Assembly: GCA_050230475.1 (NCBI GenBank)
Contig: JBFLGF010000034.1
Coordinates: forward strand, 1-64,000
Reading direction: 5' to 3'
Origin: Ancylonema sp.
Lineage: Eukaryota
Length of the DNA: 64,000 nucleotides
Every line of letters starts with the position of its first letter. The first letter of the stretch is position 1. Shown here piece after piece: positions 1-11,700 of the stretch. Below the pieces are notes generated by a model. That model had not been told where the DNA came from. It did not search any database and saw only the letters and a list, made by a program, of their open reading frames with translations. A program made the translations under genes and the position numbers.

Positions 1-265
1 TATATATTTTTCTTTTCCGATGGTTGTGGTTCTAGGGAGTTTTTTGTGATTTGGTGCTTCTGTATATGGTTTTATGGTGCTTAGTTTTTCGTAAATTCTT
101 GTTGATAAAACATTTGCAATACCTGTCCTTAATCGAGGAGCAAGTATCGGAGTTTTTTTTTTTGTTACTGGTTTTGTTTCCCATACCATCCAAACGAATC
201 AATATTCTCACATCGCCAAGTGAGCCCACAATGAGGCCACAATTGAGCCCGAGCAATCCGTGAGG

Positions 266-3200
266 CTAGGCGTTCTCATACTTCATGGCCGCTCTAACAC
301 TCAAATTGACATGATAATTCGAGCTCCTAGATTTCCGATATGAGTTATACACATCCCCATACTGTGTGGCCTCCTCCACCTCGGTCGCCCCCAACCCCGC
401 CCTCCCCGACCCCAACCCCCTCCCCTCCACGCTGCCATCCGCCATCATACCCGTCTCCGGATCAACCTCCATAATCGGGGGAGGCGCTATCCGCACCCCC
501 CCGGCCCCGACCCCTCCCCCCCCGGGCACCCCCTGGTTCTTCCTCCTCATCTTCGGGGAGATCCCCATCTCCCATCGGATCCACTTCCCCGATCGCTTTA
601 TAAAACTTCCGCACCCTCTTGTTGATGTACGATTCCGAGGCAGAGGAAGGCGGGATTTGCTTTGGGATGTCTAGGGGACTGATCGGGGAATAAGGCACCC
701 CACTCCCGATCTGTTTCTTCCGCACCATGCCTGGGATGAGCCCGGGCGGGAAGAGGGGGTATGCGGAGGGCGGTTCCGTTGCCATGGGCTCTGGTGCTGT
801 GGTCGGTGGGTAACCGGGTGGCGCGGGGGAGAACATGCTTTTCGGAGCAACGGGGAAGTGGGGGTTCGAACCCATGGCTGCTTGCTGGTCTTGCCATGGG
901 GGTTGGAAGAACAACCCTGGTCAAGATAACCATCCTCATTAGTGTGGGGGTAACCCTTATTTTGTTTGCCGGATTACGTACTGACCCTGACATAACCCTC
1001 ATCAACCCTGACTAACCCTGAAATAACCCTAAATAACCGTGATTAACCCCGATTAACGTTGATTCACCCTGATTAAACCTGGAAAACACCAATTGACTCT
1101 AAATACCCCCGATTCATACTGATTCACCCTTGGCTTAATGACCCTGAAAAACCCGACAATACCTTCGCACTGGCGAAATAGCCCTAACATCACCCCCAGA
1201 AATCCTGATTAAACCTGGTTACCCTAATTAACCTTGGGCTTATCACAATAATTTAGAGTATTGGGGTATTAACCTGTACCCTCAAGGCACTAACTCTGTT
1301 TTTGGGAGGCGGACTATAACACGTCACTCACTTTGAGGTAGAGTTGAGGGTTATCAGGGTTATCAGGGTTATCAGGGTTATTAGGGATATCGGGGTCAAG
1401 GGGTCGACCCCACTCTTATCCTCATAATAACACAAGATCTGTTTTTGTGCATCGCATTCTGATCATTAAGGACGCTACAAACGAGCGGAAAAAAACCATT
1501 CCAATACAAAAATACAGGAGTCACAGGTAGAATCAACCTCCCCCGCATACAACCCTCCCTTTCCAAACAAACACCCTTCCCTCCATAGCATCCAGAACCC
1601 ACCCCTCTACCTACTTGACACGTTAAAAAAAAAACCAAAAACAAAAGACCAGATGTGTCCCCCACTACTTGATCCACTCTCCACCCACCATACCATCACC
1701 AAACCAAAGGAACCCCAAACCTCTCCAACCCCTCATTATCTCAAATCCTTAAACCCCAACCACCCCCATTTCCCCACCCGCCCCCCCCAAAATCCCAACC
1801 AAACTCCCTCCTTTCATTACCAAACACCCCCCCCACCCCTCCCCCCCACCCTCCTCCCCCACCCTTTTCCCCCCGCCCCCCAACCTTGCGGTCCCCCCAT
1901 GACGGGTAGTACTGGGGGAGGTGGGCCCGCCATCATCTCCCCTTCGAAAGAGTTGACCGTGTCGCGGTCAAACACTTCCTTTGACCCCCAGAAATCAAGA
2001 ATCTTCCGTAAACGATCCCGGTTCTGCTCGGAGGCGGAGGGGTGGTGATAGATTGAGGCCAGAATGAGCCCGAGGACTGGGCGGAAGGCGAGGGCCACGG
2101 GGTCGAGTTCGGGGGGGGAGGGGCGGTGTGGCAGACTGCAGGGGATCACCTAACATGGGCGGAAGAAAGTTTGATATACTATATATTAAAATAATAATTT
2201 AAAAAAAAAAAAAAAAAAAAACACTTTTAGGATTGTTTTTTTTTTTTTTTTTTTTGCCTGGCGCAGAATACACAATGTACGAGAAACATTCAATGAAGAA
2301 TGTTTCTCGTACAGTATAAACAACTTTACGAGCTTTGATTGGTTTCTTGGGTAGAGGTTTCATTGTGGAGTCAACCTGTTCTATAGGCACCCCTCTGTGC
2401 TGGCACACCCTTTATAAAAACCACCCTGTTTTGAGCTGTACATATCCTAACTATCCTGTACAGGCACACCCTCTACACCACAGAATATGCCCTCTGAAAG
2501 GGTTCCTACAGAGAGGGGTGCTTGTATGGTCCAAAGGGAGAATAACGTAAGGCTACACATAATATTTATGTTGGAACCAATCAAAAAGGGAAGGTGAGAT
2601 ACAGATGGAGGGGGACATGTGAAGCTGAGTCATATGTTCCAGAATTTGATGTTTACATTTCCACATGCGATGATCAAAATGTATCGAGGACACGTTTCTT
2701 GGTGGCGGGTCACGTCAAGAAGTCCCGAATACGATTTCGAAGATAGCTAAGTGTTTTTCTGTGTAAATTAGAGAAGCTTCCAGGAACCTTCCAGACAGTC
2801 AGCGGACGGAAAATGTAAGACGAAAGAAAAAAAAGGAAGTCAATATAAATGTGTAGGATCTCGAGACCTTTGGCTACAGATGATGAGGTAATGATGAGAT
2901 TATGATGAGAAATGATGACGTAATGATGTGATAATGATGATTGTGCCAACTTAAGGGAGGAAAAGAAGAAGAAGAAGAAAGAATCAGAGTTTGAAACACA
3001 GCCAAGAACCCTTAATACGAGTGATCCAAAAGGTGCGCCCTTTTGAACCCCCATATAAGGAAAATATATGCATTGTCGAGTCCTCTATCTCTTCAGGTTC
3101 GATTTCGTATACCACGCAAGAGTGCCGGATGAGAGTTAAGGTTTGGCGGGGCTGACTAGGAGGTTATTAAGCCCAAACAACTGTTGACTGAGGTGAGTCA

Positions 3201-4184
3201 CGGGGAACGGTTATCGGATATCCCTCACGTGCTGAACAGGATGTCGTTGATGAGGTAGAGTAGGTGGAGCTGCTTCTCGGAATCCGCCCCCGCTTCCACC
3301 CTCGTTTTAAAGGCTTCCGCCAGAGGAACCGCATACATGCTTCTCTGCATGAACCAAGTCTTGGCCGTTCGTATCGCCTCTTTCGTCCCGGTCAGACTCT
3401 CGCTCATCCCCAACATCTCCTGCATCACGTCGGGAGGGAGAGGCCCTGTGTAGGGGGGTGCAGAGCGGTGAACGGCGAAATCGGGGGGACCCCTGGCGCC
3501 CATGTGCTGCTGCCCGGCGGGTTCTGGCGGGGGTGGGCCGTTGTGGTGGTATTGGTCGTAGAAGTGAGGTTGGGACGGAGGAGGCTGGGGATGCGGGTGG
3601 GGATCGAACATTTGACCATGAATCGGCTGATGCTGATGTTGATGCTGCTGATATTGATGCTGCTGCTGCTGCTGCTGCTGCATGTACATGGGAGGGTCTG
3701 AAAGCATTCCGGAGGGCATCCCGGAGGACATGCCGGGGGGCATTCCAGAGGGTATCCCGGCGGGCATACCTGGGGGGAGAGGGGGAGCCTTCATGCCCTG
3801 TTGTGCGGCATACATCTGAATGGTGCTCCATAGCTGAAATTTGTAGTAAGCACTGCCTTCACCCCCCAGCAAGAAGTGGTATGCGGGACTATCTATTTGC
3901 TTCTCCTTCATGAGCGCCTCAAACTGCGGCCCGTTCTTCGCCGCATACTCTACAAGTTTATCAATGCGCTTCACCAGCTCCGGATCGTTCGGTGCAAGCG
4001 CTGCAGGCGGAGGGGGTTCCCATGGATTGAAGAAACCGAGGAGCGGAGCTGAAGGATTTGAATTGGCAGAGGGGCCAGCTGCCGGGTATGCATAAGTGGG
4101 GGCCGGATAATTGAATCCAGGAGGTACATTCCCATAGCCCTGTTGATTGTAGGCGGGGTTATGCATGTGCATAGGAGATGCCAT
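266..4184 (-). CDS. CHERP: CHERP-like SURP/SWAP + CID domain RNA-processing protein (3 exons: ~4184-3229, 2135-1885, 916-266)
   Basis: SURP motif ([20 protein letters not shown]...YYKFQL). CID-like region split across exons 1 and 2 ([18 protein letters not shown]...[11 protein letters not shown] / [11 protein letters not shown]...[15 protein letters not shown]). Plant-type C-terminus ([55 protein letters not shown]). GT-AG junctions with consistent phases. One apparent frameshift in a G run near 495-525. Confidence 0.9.
930..1400. repeat. Degenerate ~9-bp AACCCTGAT(T) / inverted ATCAGGGTT telomere-like tandem repeats in the CHERP intron
   Basis: Many aaccctga/ttaaccct units at 930-1260, then (gggttatca)n at 1347-1395 in the opposite orientation. 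Confidence 0.75.
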
Positions 4185-4702
4185 CGCTAGGAGTTACACG
4201 GATTAGGATACCCGAGCAACGGGGTTGCAGGTGGAAACGATTAGCAGTCCGTGGGCATGGGTTCCGAGCATGGAAATGGGGTCTGTTTTTAGTAAAAACG
4301 TAAAATCTAGGTAAATCGTTTAAACGGGAAAATCTTGTTGTAACGAAGTCTTTGTTATATCGATATTTGTATAACGAGATCTCGTTGTACATGTTGCATT
4401 GAAAACGGAGGGCCTCCGCTTTTGAACGAGAAACTGCACACACCGGGTTTCTGGACCTGCTGCCAACAATGGAAGGAATGCTTCCTTTCAGCTGCTGATT
4501 TTCAGTTATTGCCACTTTCTTTTTTGATCACTCGCCGGGAGAAGCGAGCTGACGGAATAGGTCCCACGAGTGGCAACAGGAAAAAGGAGCACCGAAATCG
4601 CTGCACCTGTTCCTCGCGACTGGATTGATGTCTTGATTAGAGTCCCTGCTTTTGCAAACAACTTCAGGGAGTCAGAGGTTAGCAAGTCTAGATATCTTGT
4701 CC

Positions 4703-6185
4703 ATGACTTCGTTTCGTCTTTCATCTCCGGCACTTCTGTCCACGGACGGACGGCCCACATCCAACAATGGGCTGTACGTGTCCTCCACAAAAGTGTCCTG
4801 TCTCTCCTTCAGTTTTAGTAAATGTAGCCGAAAGACGCCTCTCCATTCTCTGCAAAACCAAAGCACTATGAGGAGATGGCATGCTGTTGGCACTAAACGT
4901 CCCAGAACAAGAAGGGAGAGCTGGAGGCTGTCACCCCGTGCCATGGCTGACAAAACGCAGGCAAGCAAAGCAGGGTAGTTTGTAGGAGAATTCTGAGCGA
5001 GAACCAAACGTGAACCGCTGCCCGAGCTTCAGTAGGATTTGGAGAAACAGTGTTTGACGTGCATTTCAGTCTCCGTGAAGGTGCAAACCTGGGATGTTAT
5101 CCGTGGAATTATATGACATTGAATTCGTTCTCAGTATAGTGCGCTATGGTAACCTGACTTACCTACACCCCCCATGACGATTGTCTTGAGTAGTGAGCTG
5201 TACGTAAATGACGTCACTAAATGTAGGATCTGAAAGTAAGGGTCAGCCAGGAGAGCGCTCAGCTAGTATCTGCAAATTCTCGAGTGCGCCAAGACACTGG
5301 TGTTGACTTAGTTACTAGTATTAGCAGCTCAATTTTTTTTTTCAAACAAATAGGAATCCACATTTGTCAAGTATCTCTCGCGTATCAAGGAAACCAGACA
5401 TCAGAAATAGGAATAGTTTTCAAACAAGCGGCCGAAATTCCTTTGCAAGCATCATCTCACAACCAAAATGCAGCAATACCTGTTTACAAATATACGTATA
5501 TATATCCCAACTGTCAAAAGGAAATACACTTTCGTTTTTTTCACTCAGGAAGGGGCAGAGGACGCTGCCGAGCAAGCTGCAAGTTTACGAGCCCGCCAGC
5601 TTGAAGCTTTGGAAGCAACGAGTGGGAGGAAGAAGAAGCCTCGCCAGTGAGTGCATCTATTCTGTGGAAAACAGATGGTTGTTCATAGTTTTTGTCGATC
5701 TCGCGGCTCAAATTGTGCTCTTGTGTGGGGTGTGCCTGTAGACTCGAATTGCCAACAGGAGTGTAGAAAGAGACAACGAGAGTTGAGCGTTTGAAAAGCC
5801 TCTTGTTTTTTTTGCCTTCAGAATCAGAATTCCATCTGGTTCTTTCCTCTCATCTGCTTGTGTTGTCGTTGGGATCTCTACAATATACATGCTTTCGTTT
5901 TTGTTGGTGCAACCTACTCGCAGAAAGTCGTCGATGGAGACTTTTGAGGAGCCCCTCCCGATGGTGGTGAAGAAGGAGAAGAAGGCTTGGGAGAGTATGA
6001 GCACGGCCGAGAAGGCCTCAGAGTTGTGGTTGGGAGAGACGGGAGGCCTATTTTGGTTGAACAAACTAGCGTGGGGAAGTATCATAGGTATAGCGTTGTT
6101 GTGGGTGTGCTTTAGATTTGTAGGCCCTGGAATCGGTCTCTACGACTTGGAAAACGGGTTATTAGACCCTGCGGACGCCTTTTGA
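4703..6185 (+). CDS. Small plastid-targeted membrane protein of a conserved plant family (probably thylakoid); at least 3 exons (~4703-4974, 5549-5646, ~5924-6185)
   Basis: S/T/R-rich transit-peptide-like first exon ending ...RAMA. C-terminal block EKASELWLGETGGLFWLNKLAWGSII-TM-FRFVGPGIGLYDL resembles a conserved plant unknown protein. The internal exon structure is not fully resolved. Confidence 0.7.
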
Positions 6186-6723
6186 GATGTTGCATATGCT
6201 TGTACAGTGCACGAGTGGAAGATTTACGAGCTAATAAAGTGAAGTTTTGGATACTTAGTTACAAAGCGTGTCAACCTATATGGTCAATTTTGTCTAAGGG
6301 TGCATAAGTTTGAAGGAGACTATTTACAACAAGTTAGTGAACAACACTCAAAGGTAATTTGTTTTTCCAGAATTGTGTTCGACCATGTAAAACCTATGGG
6401 GTGCATAGGATGTTAATGCATTAGGACATTGAAACCCAAGGAGATGAGGAACTTTCATTCCCGATCCGGTCTGGTCCGGATTTCCGATTCGGATTGGAAC
6501 CCCGATTACGGAGGGCTTTTTTTTTTTTCCCCTTATTTCCAGTCATATGCATCATTGCCCCCAAACTGACCCCCTTCCCCCCAAACTTGCACTCAAACCG
6601 GTGGATGAATGACCAACTCCGAATTGCATCGGACCCGATCGGAACGGGAACGCGATTGGGGACCCGAGAACAAGAGCAGATTAATTATAATAAATACTAT
6701 TTTGTGAAAGTTAGAGGTAAGAG

Positions 6724-7200
6724 TAGGAATGCGCTCCCTCGTTTGAAATCAATAGGGGGAGGCGGACTCCCCCGTCCCCCGTCCGCCTCCCCCGTATACG
6801 AGGGACCAGCCGCGGTTGGGAAAATCCCAGCCGCAACGGTCGCATACGGGGGACACGGGGGGAAACGGGGGAAACGGTGGGCTAATCGAGAGACAACGGG
6901 GGGCACGGGGGAGGAAACGGGGAAAACCGGGGGGCACGGAGGATAAACCGGTTGGAAACCCAGAATCTGGCGTGTTCCTGGCCCAGATTCGAGACCCATC
7001 TCCCCCCGTAGGCGCCCCCGTGTTCCCCGTAAATCCCCCGTTTCCCCCGTTTCCTCCCCCGCATCCCCCCATTTCCCCCGTTTTCCCAACCTGCGGTTGC
7101 GTCCCCCGTATTCCCCCGTAATTTGAGTAGAAGGGGACGGTGGATCCCCCGTAAGTGGACGGGGGACGGGGGATCCGGGGGACGGGGGAGCGCATCCCTG
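6724..7200. mobile_element. hAT-type non-autonomous element (MITE)
   Basis: TIRs TAGGAATGCGCTCCC / GGGAGCGCATCCCTG. Perfect 8-bp TSD GGTAAGAG at 6716-6723 and 7201-7208. Internal CCCCCGT/ACGGGGG subterminal repeats. Confidence 0.85.
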
Positions 7201-8712
7201 GGTAAGAGGCTGTGATGGCCGGAAAACACAGGAGCTGTATTAATGTACGAGATTGTACCGTTTTTTTTGGCTGCACAATGTCCAAAAACCCCACTACAGT
7301 AAAACTTGTAGAAATTAATATTGTCTTGCTTAATAAAATGCCTTAATTGATATTCTTTCCCGGTCCCGACCTTGGTCGAGTGTAGTTAATAACAAACCTC
7401 TCAAACGTGATAGCTAAAAAAATTCACGGTCCCACGGAAAATTAGAACTTGGATCCGTACGTATCCGATTTTTTTTTGGTGAAGGGATTAGGGGTAAAAA
7501 ATGTGGGGGGGGGGGGAGCCGAGAGATAAACCGTTGTATTATTTTTTTGTTTAACGCATTAAAAAAACGGTTATTTTCTACTAGAAAACAATTTTAATAA
7601 ATAAATAAAGGAAATAAAATAATAATGGAAAACCTTTTTTTTTTTTTTTTTTTTTGCAAATTTGTTGCGTCCCGGACCGTCCGGAGATCTTCGGACGCGT
7701 CCCGGACGCGTCCGGGATCCCCGCGTCCGGGACACAACGATGTTTTGTAGCATAGTTAAGTCATTGGCACTCGCGTTCCCAAGCGTGTACCGAGCACGCT
7801 CGGGCCAGAGCGGGCTCCGTACGCGCCCGCAAATCTTCCGAGAGGCTCTTTCTAGAGTAATGCGGGCTACAAATATGGAGGGTTGGATCATGTTTTCAAC
7901 TATGTGTATATCATTTTGATTATGATGACGACGACGTGAAAATACACGGTTGGGTTGATTTCGACCTGGATATTAACTTGTTACTCCTCGTATTCACAAA
8001 GAAACTAGATTTAGGACATTTGAAACCGATTCTGTCTTAGGTATTAATATATCTTAATTAATAATATTTTCCGGTCCCGTCATTATCAATCTAATCAAGT
8101 TTTCCTTTTATTAGATTCACTACTCCGACAATTTCAGTTGTTCATTGCGCACTGTACCAATGCTGAATATTGTTGACGTTCATTATGCTTGCGATTGGGA
8201 GTGTACTACATCATTTTTTTCATGCTAGAATATCAGAACATCGTTTGTATACATAGCACCACTCTTCACAACTACATTTTTTGAAGTGCTTGTCATACAA
8301 CATTTTGGGGTGATGTTTCGACGACGGGCTGAAAGTGATTTCTCTTCATTTCAAAAAGATGGTACGCTTACAACATATCGCAATGAATTGCTATAAATAT
8401 ATCAACCTTACTTCCCTGTAAGTCTCCCTTCGGCCAAAAAAAAAAAAAAACGATTATTTTATATTATTAAAGCTACGATCTCACTATTTTCACAACCTAC
8501 TCACCTTACAAAATCTTGTGTATCATCACCTCTTCACCATTATTCTAATATTGCCACAACATGTGTGAAAAAGCCGAAACCGGATACATATTACAGAGAT
8601 GCAAAATTAACCTCCAAAAAACTGCAGTTGGTGATGCAAAATCGAAACGTTTGTAGTTTCAAAAATAAGGAGATCACGCCCGCATGACAACGTCCGCAAA
8701 AAGGATGCTGAA

Positions 8713-11700
8713 CTACTTCGTAATCTGGAAGTGGTCACCGTTGGACGACCCGTTCGCGTGCACAAATTTCACGTCCAAAACGGTCGCTGTTGCGGTGATC
8801 TTCACGTATCCGTACACCGATTCTAGTACCACGGACCACGAGCCCGGCTGCACATGAATCTCACAAACATCGACATTAGTCACTAACACTTGAATAAATA
8901 TCTATCACCAATATGTACACCACACTCTATCGATAAATTTCCGACAAACGTCACACATTGACACAATATTGAGGAAATACTATTGACCCAACAAACACCT
9001 CCAGAGAAAAACAATAACATTTGCACCAAAAAAAACACCTTTTTTTAATCGTTTGCGATAACCCACACCCGTCATTATCTTCTAGAGCCGTTGATCCTTG
9101 GGTATGGTCCAGCTTTAAACCACCCATCCTGTATATATTATTTTTCGTGGACCTCGCATTTTCTCCCCTCTTTCTTCCCCATCTTTTCCTCCCACCATCC
9201 CCTCGATGGCAACCCCCAGATCTGATTTGGACACTCGAGCCTCGGTAGAAGGACACGAACAAGTGCGTCACATATGAGGTGTCATTACTTGAGGTATGAA
9301 TTACACTCGTGGGAGGCGAAAAAACTAGTCATCATAAGGAGGTATTCGTTATATCGAGGGTCATTATATGGAGTTTTGATCGTGCTGACCGTAGCGCTGA
9401 TCGCGTCCGGGCTGAAACCCGCCATTCCAATAACCGCATGCACCGGAGCGTAGTAGCGCCCGCCATTGGAGTACGTGGACACCCCGTTGACGGCACTCGG
9501 GGCCTTCACCGTGACGTTGTTATACACCTGGGTGGTTCGTTCGTAGTCGTGCACGTGGCCCCAGATACAAAGATCCACCTGGGGGAGACACGTGGAAATT
9601 TATCTTTGTTATTATTATTATATATTATATATCACTAGAAAAAAAAAAAAAAAAAAAAAAAAAAAGAAGAGCAAGGATGTGAACTAGATAAAAATATGTT
9701 TGCATACTTTTCTTGAGCAACAAGCTATGCAAGCGCCTCCAACATTCTCACCCCCCCGATTTCGTAGTCAACCCCCTCTCTGCAAGTACTCCTTCACATA
9801 GACACACCCTTCATTGCAGCACTCAGTCTCTCCGTTTCTCAATGACTACTATACATGCCCGCCTCTGTAAAAGCGCACCCCGTACAAGCATTCGTTGTTA
9901 AATAAAAACCGGTACCGATAGGGTGGAGCCTATACACAGGGTTCCCTTCCAACCCTTTCTTCTCTTCCCACCTTGTGCGGCTGCGTCAGAGACTCCACCA
10001 CGGGCGGGAAGGCGGGATCCACGGAGGGTCCCGTTATAAGCGACTCGACCCCATTCGGTTGACTGGAGTAAGCGGGTCTGTGGCCCGCGAAAATGACCCA
10101 AGGGGTCACCGACTTGTCCACGGTGGCGAGGTCGGTTTGGAGCCACGCGTATTGGGGCGAAATCAACGTCCAATCATTCTCCGTTGACATTACGGTGACG
10201 TGGATGAGGCCGATGTCGACGCTATACCAGACGGTGTCTTTGGTGGCGGCTGCTGGGCCGGGCATTGGGACTAGAGAAGACAAAGAGGGGGGGGAGATGA
10301 TCGTATGGAAAAAATATGGTTACGTTTATGTTACATATTTTTGTTGTTGTATTGAAATGCTTTATATTCCTATGCTACATATTTATTGATACATTAAAAA
10401 AAAAAAAAAAAAAAAAACAAACAAACAAAAACAAAAACAAAAATGAAGATTGCATACGTGACATTGCGGACAACAATATATGTCCTTTTTAGTCAACGAG
10501 AGTTGACCGGCAGTGCAGATATTAATCACACTCAAATGACTTTTTCTCATTACGAGAATCTTCACAACGTTTGGTGCACAACTTACAATATTTGAAGTAA
10601 GGAACTCCGCACTCCCCTCCCGAATCCGTTTTTCCGTACACCGATCCGCTGTTTGGGTAGTCCCTACGAAGGCATTCAGAACAGAAATCACAATCAGATA
10701 CGAGACAAAAAAACCGAGGAGTGTATCTGCACTTTATTAGAGCATGTTCGCTTTCAGCCCTTCCTCGTTCTTTGTGTTTGGATGTCCATCTTACGTGATA
10801 GGTAATAATATTAATATCAATACTAAAAATTGAGATTAATATTAATATCAGTATAAATATTAACATGAAAAGTAAAATTAATGCAGTATAATTATTATAG
10901 CATTACTATCGAATAACTTTTCACCTTTCGTGGTTGCCGGTAGTAGTCATGTACGGAATCTTTTGGGCAATGGGGCTGATGTTTTCGAAGAACTGGTCCC
11001 ATTCCGTCAAGTATCCCGTGGCGTACGAAATGTCTCCGATATGAAATAATGCGTCAGCGTGGATTCCGGACGAGAGCTCGTTTGTCACAATTCGATGGAT
11101 AGTGCTCAAAGAACCACGCTAAGGAGGGGGAGGGGGGGGGGGGGGAATTGACAAGTTTGAATTTTGACACACCCCTGATCAGAAACCACTTTTCGTGCGG
11201 GTTCCACATAGAAGGTAGATTGGTCGACACTTCATGAATATTTCATGTTGGCCTTACACCGAATGTGCTTATATAGAGGAGGTCCACAATAGTACTACTT
11301 TAGTGCATTTAAAAAAAGCACATACTCATCCCTTATACCGTACATGAGATCGCTTTTATGAGCCCATGAGGTCATACGTCACCTCACGCCTCACCTCAAT
11401 CAGTTGGCCGTGACATCAAAAGATGACATCATCCCAAAAACTTACATTACTCGGAAAAACCCCCCTTTACCCTAAAGACTCAAGCCCCCATGAGCCCATG
11501 AGCCCATGAGGTCATGCATCACCACATTCGGCCATGACGTCATAAGAACGACATCATCCCTCCCAGCTCACATTGACATAATGTTCGTTACTTCCGTCTA
11601 CGTCCTGCTTGCCCATATCTCCAAACGCCACCAGTCGCGTGACTGTCCCCTTGCTCTGGCACGGGGGGTCTTCCCTGTCTGGCTGTTGAACCCCACGGTC

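Noticed and set aside
6494..7294. Several overlapping Gly/Pro-rich ORFs
   Set aside because: Artefacts of the GC-rich repeats of the hAT MITE.
7297..8108. Possible pogo-like MITE (CAGTAAAACTTG...CAAGTTTTCCTT)
   Set aside because: Only 10/12 TIR match and no TA on the right side; not enough to call boundaries.
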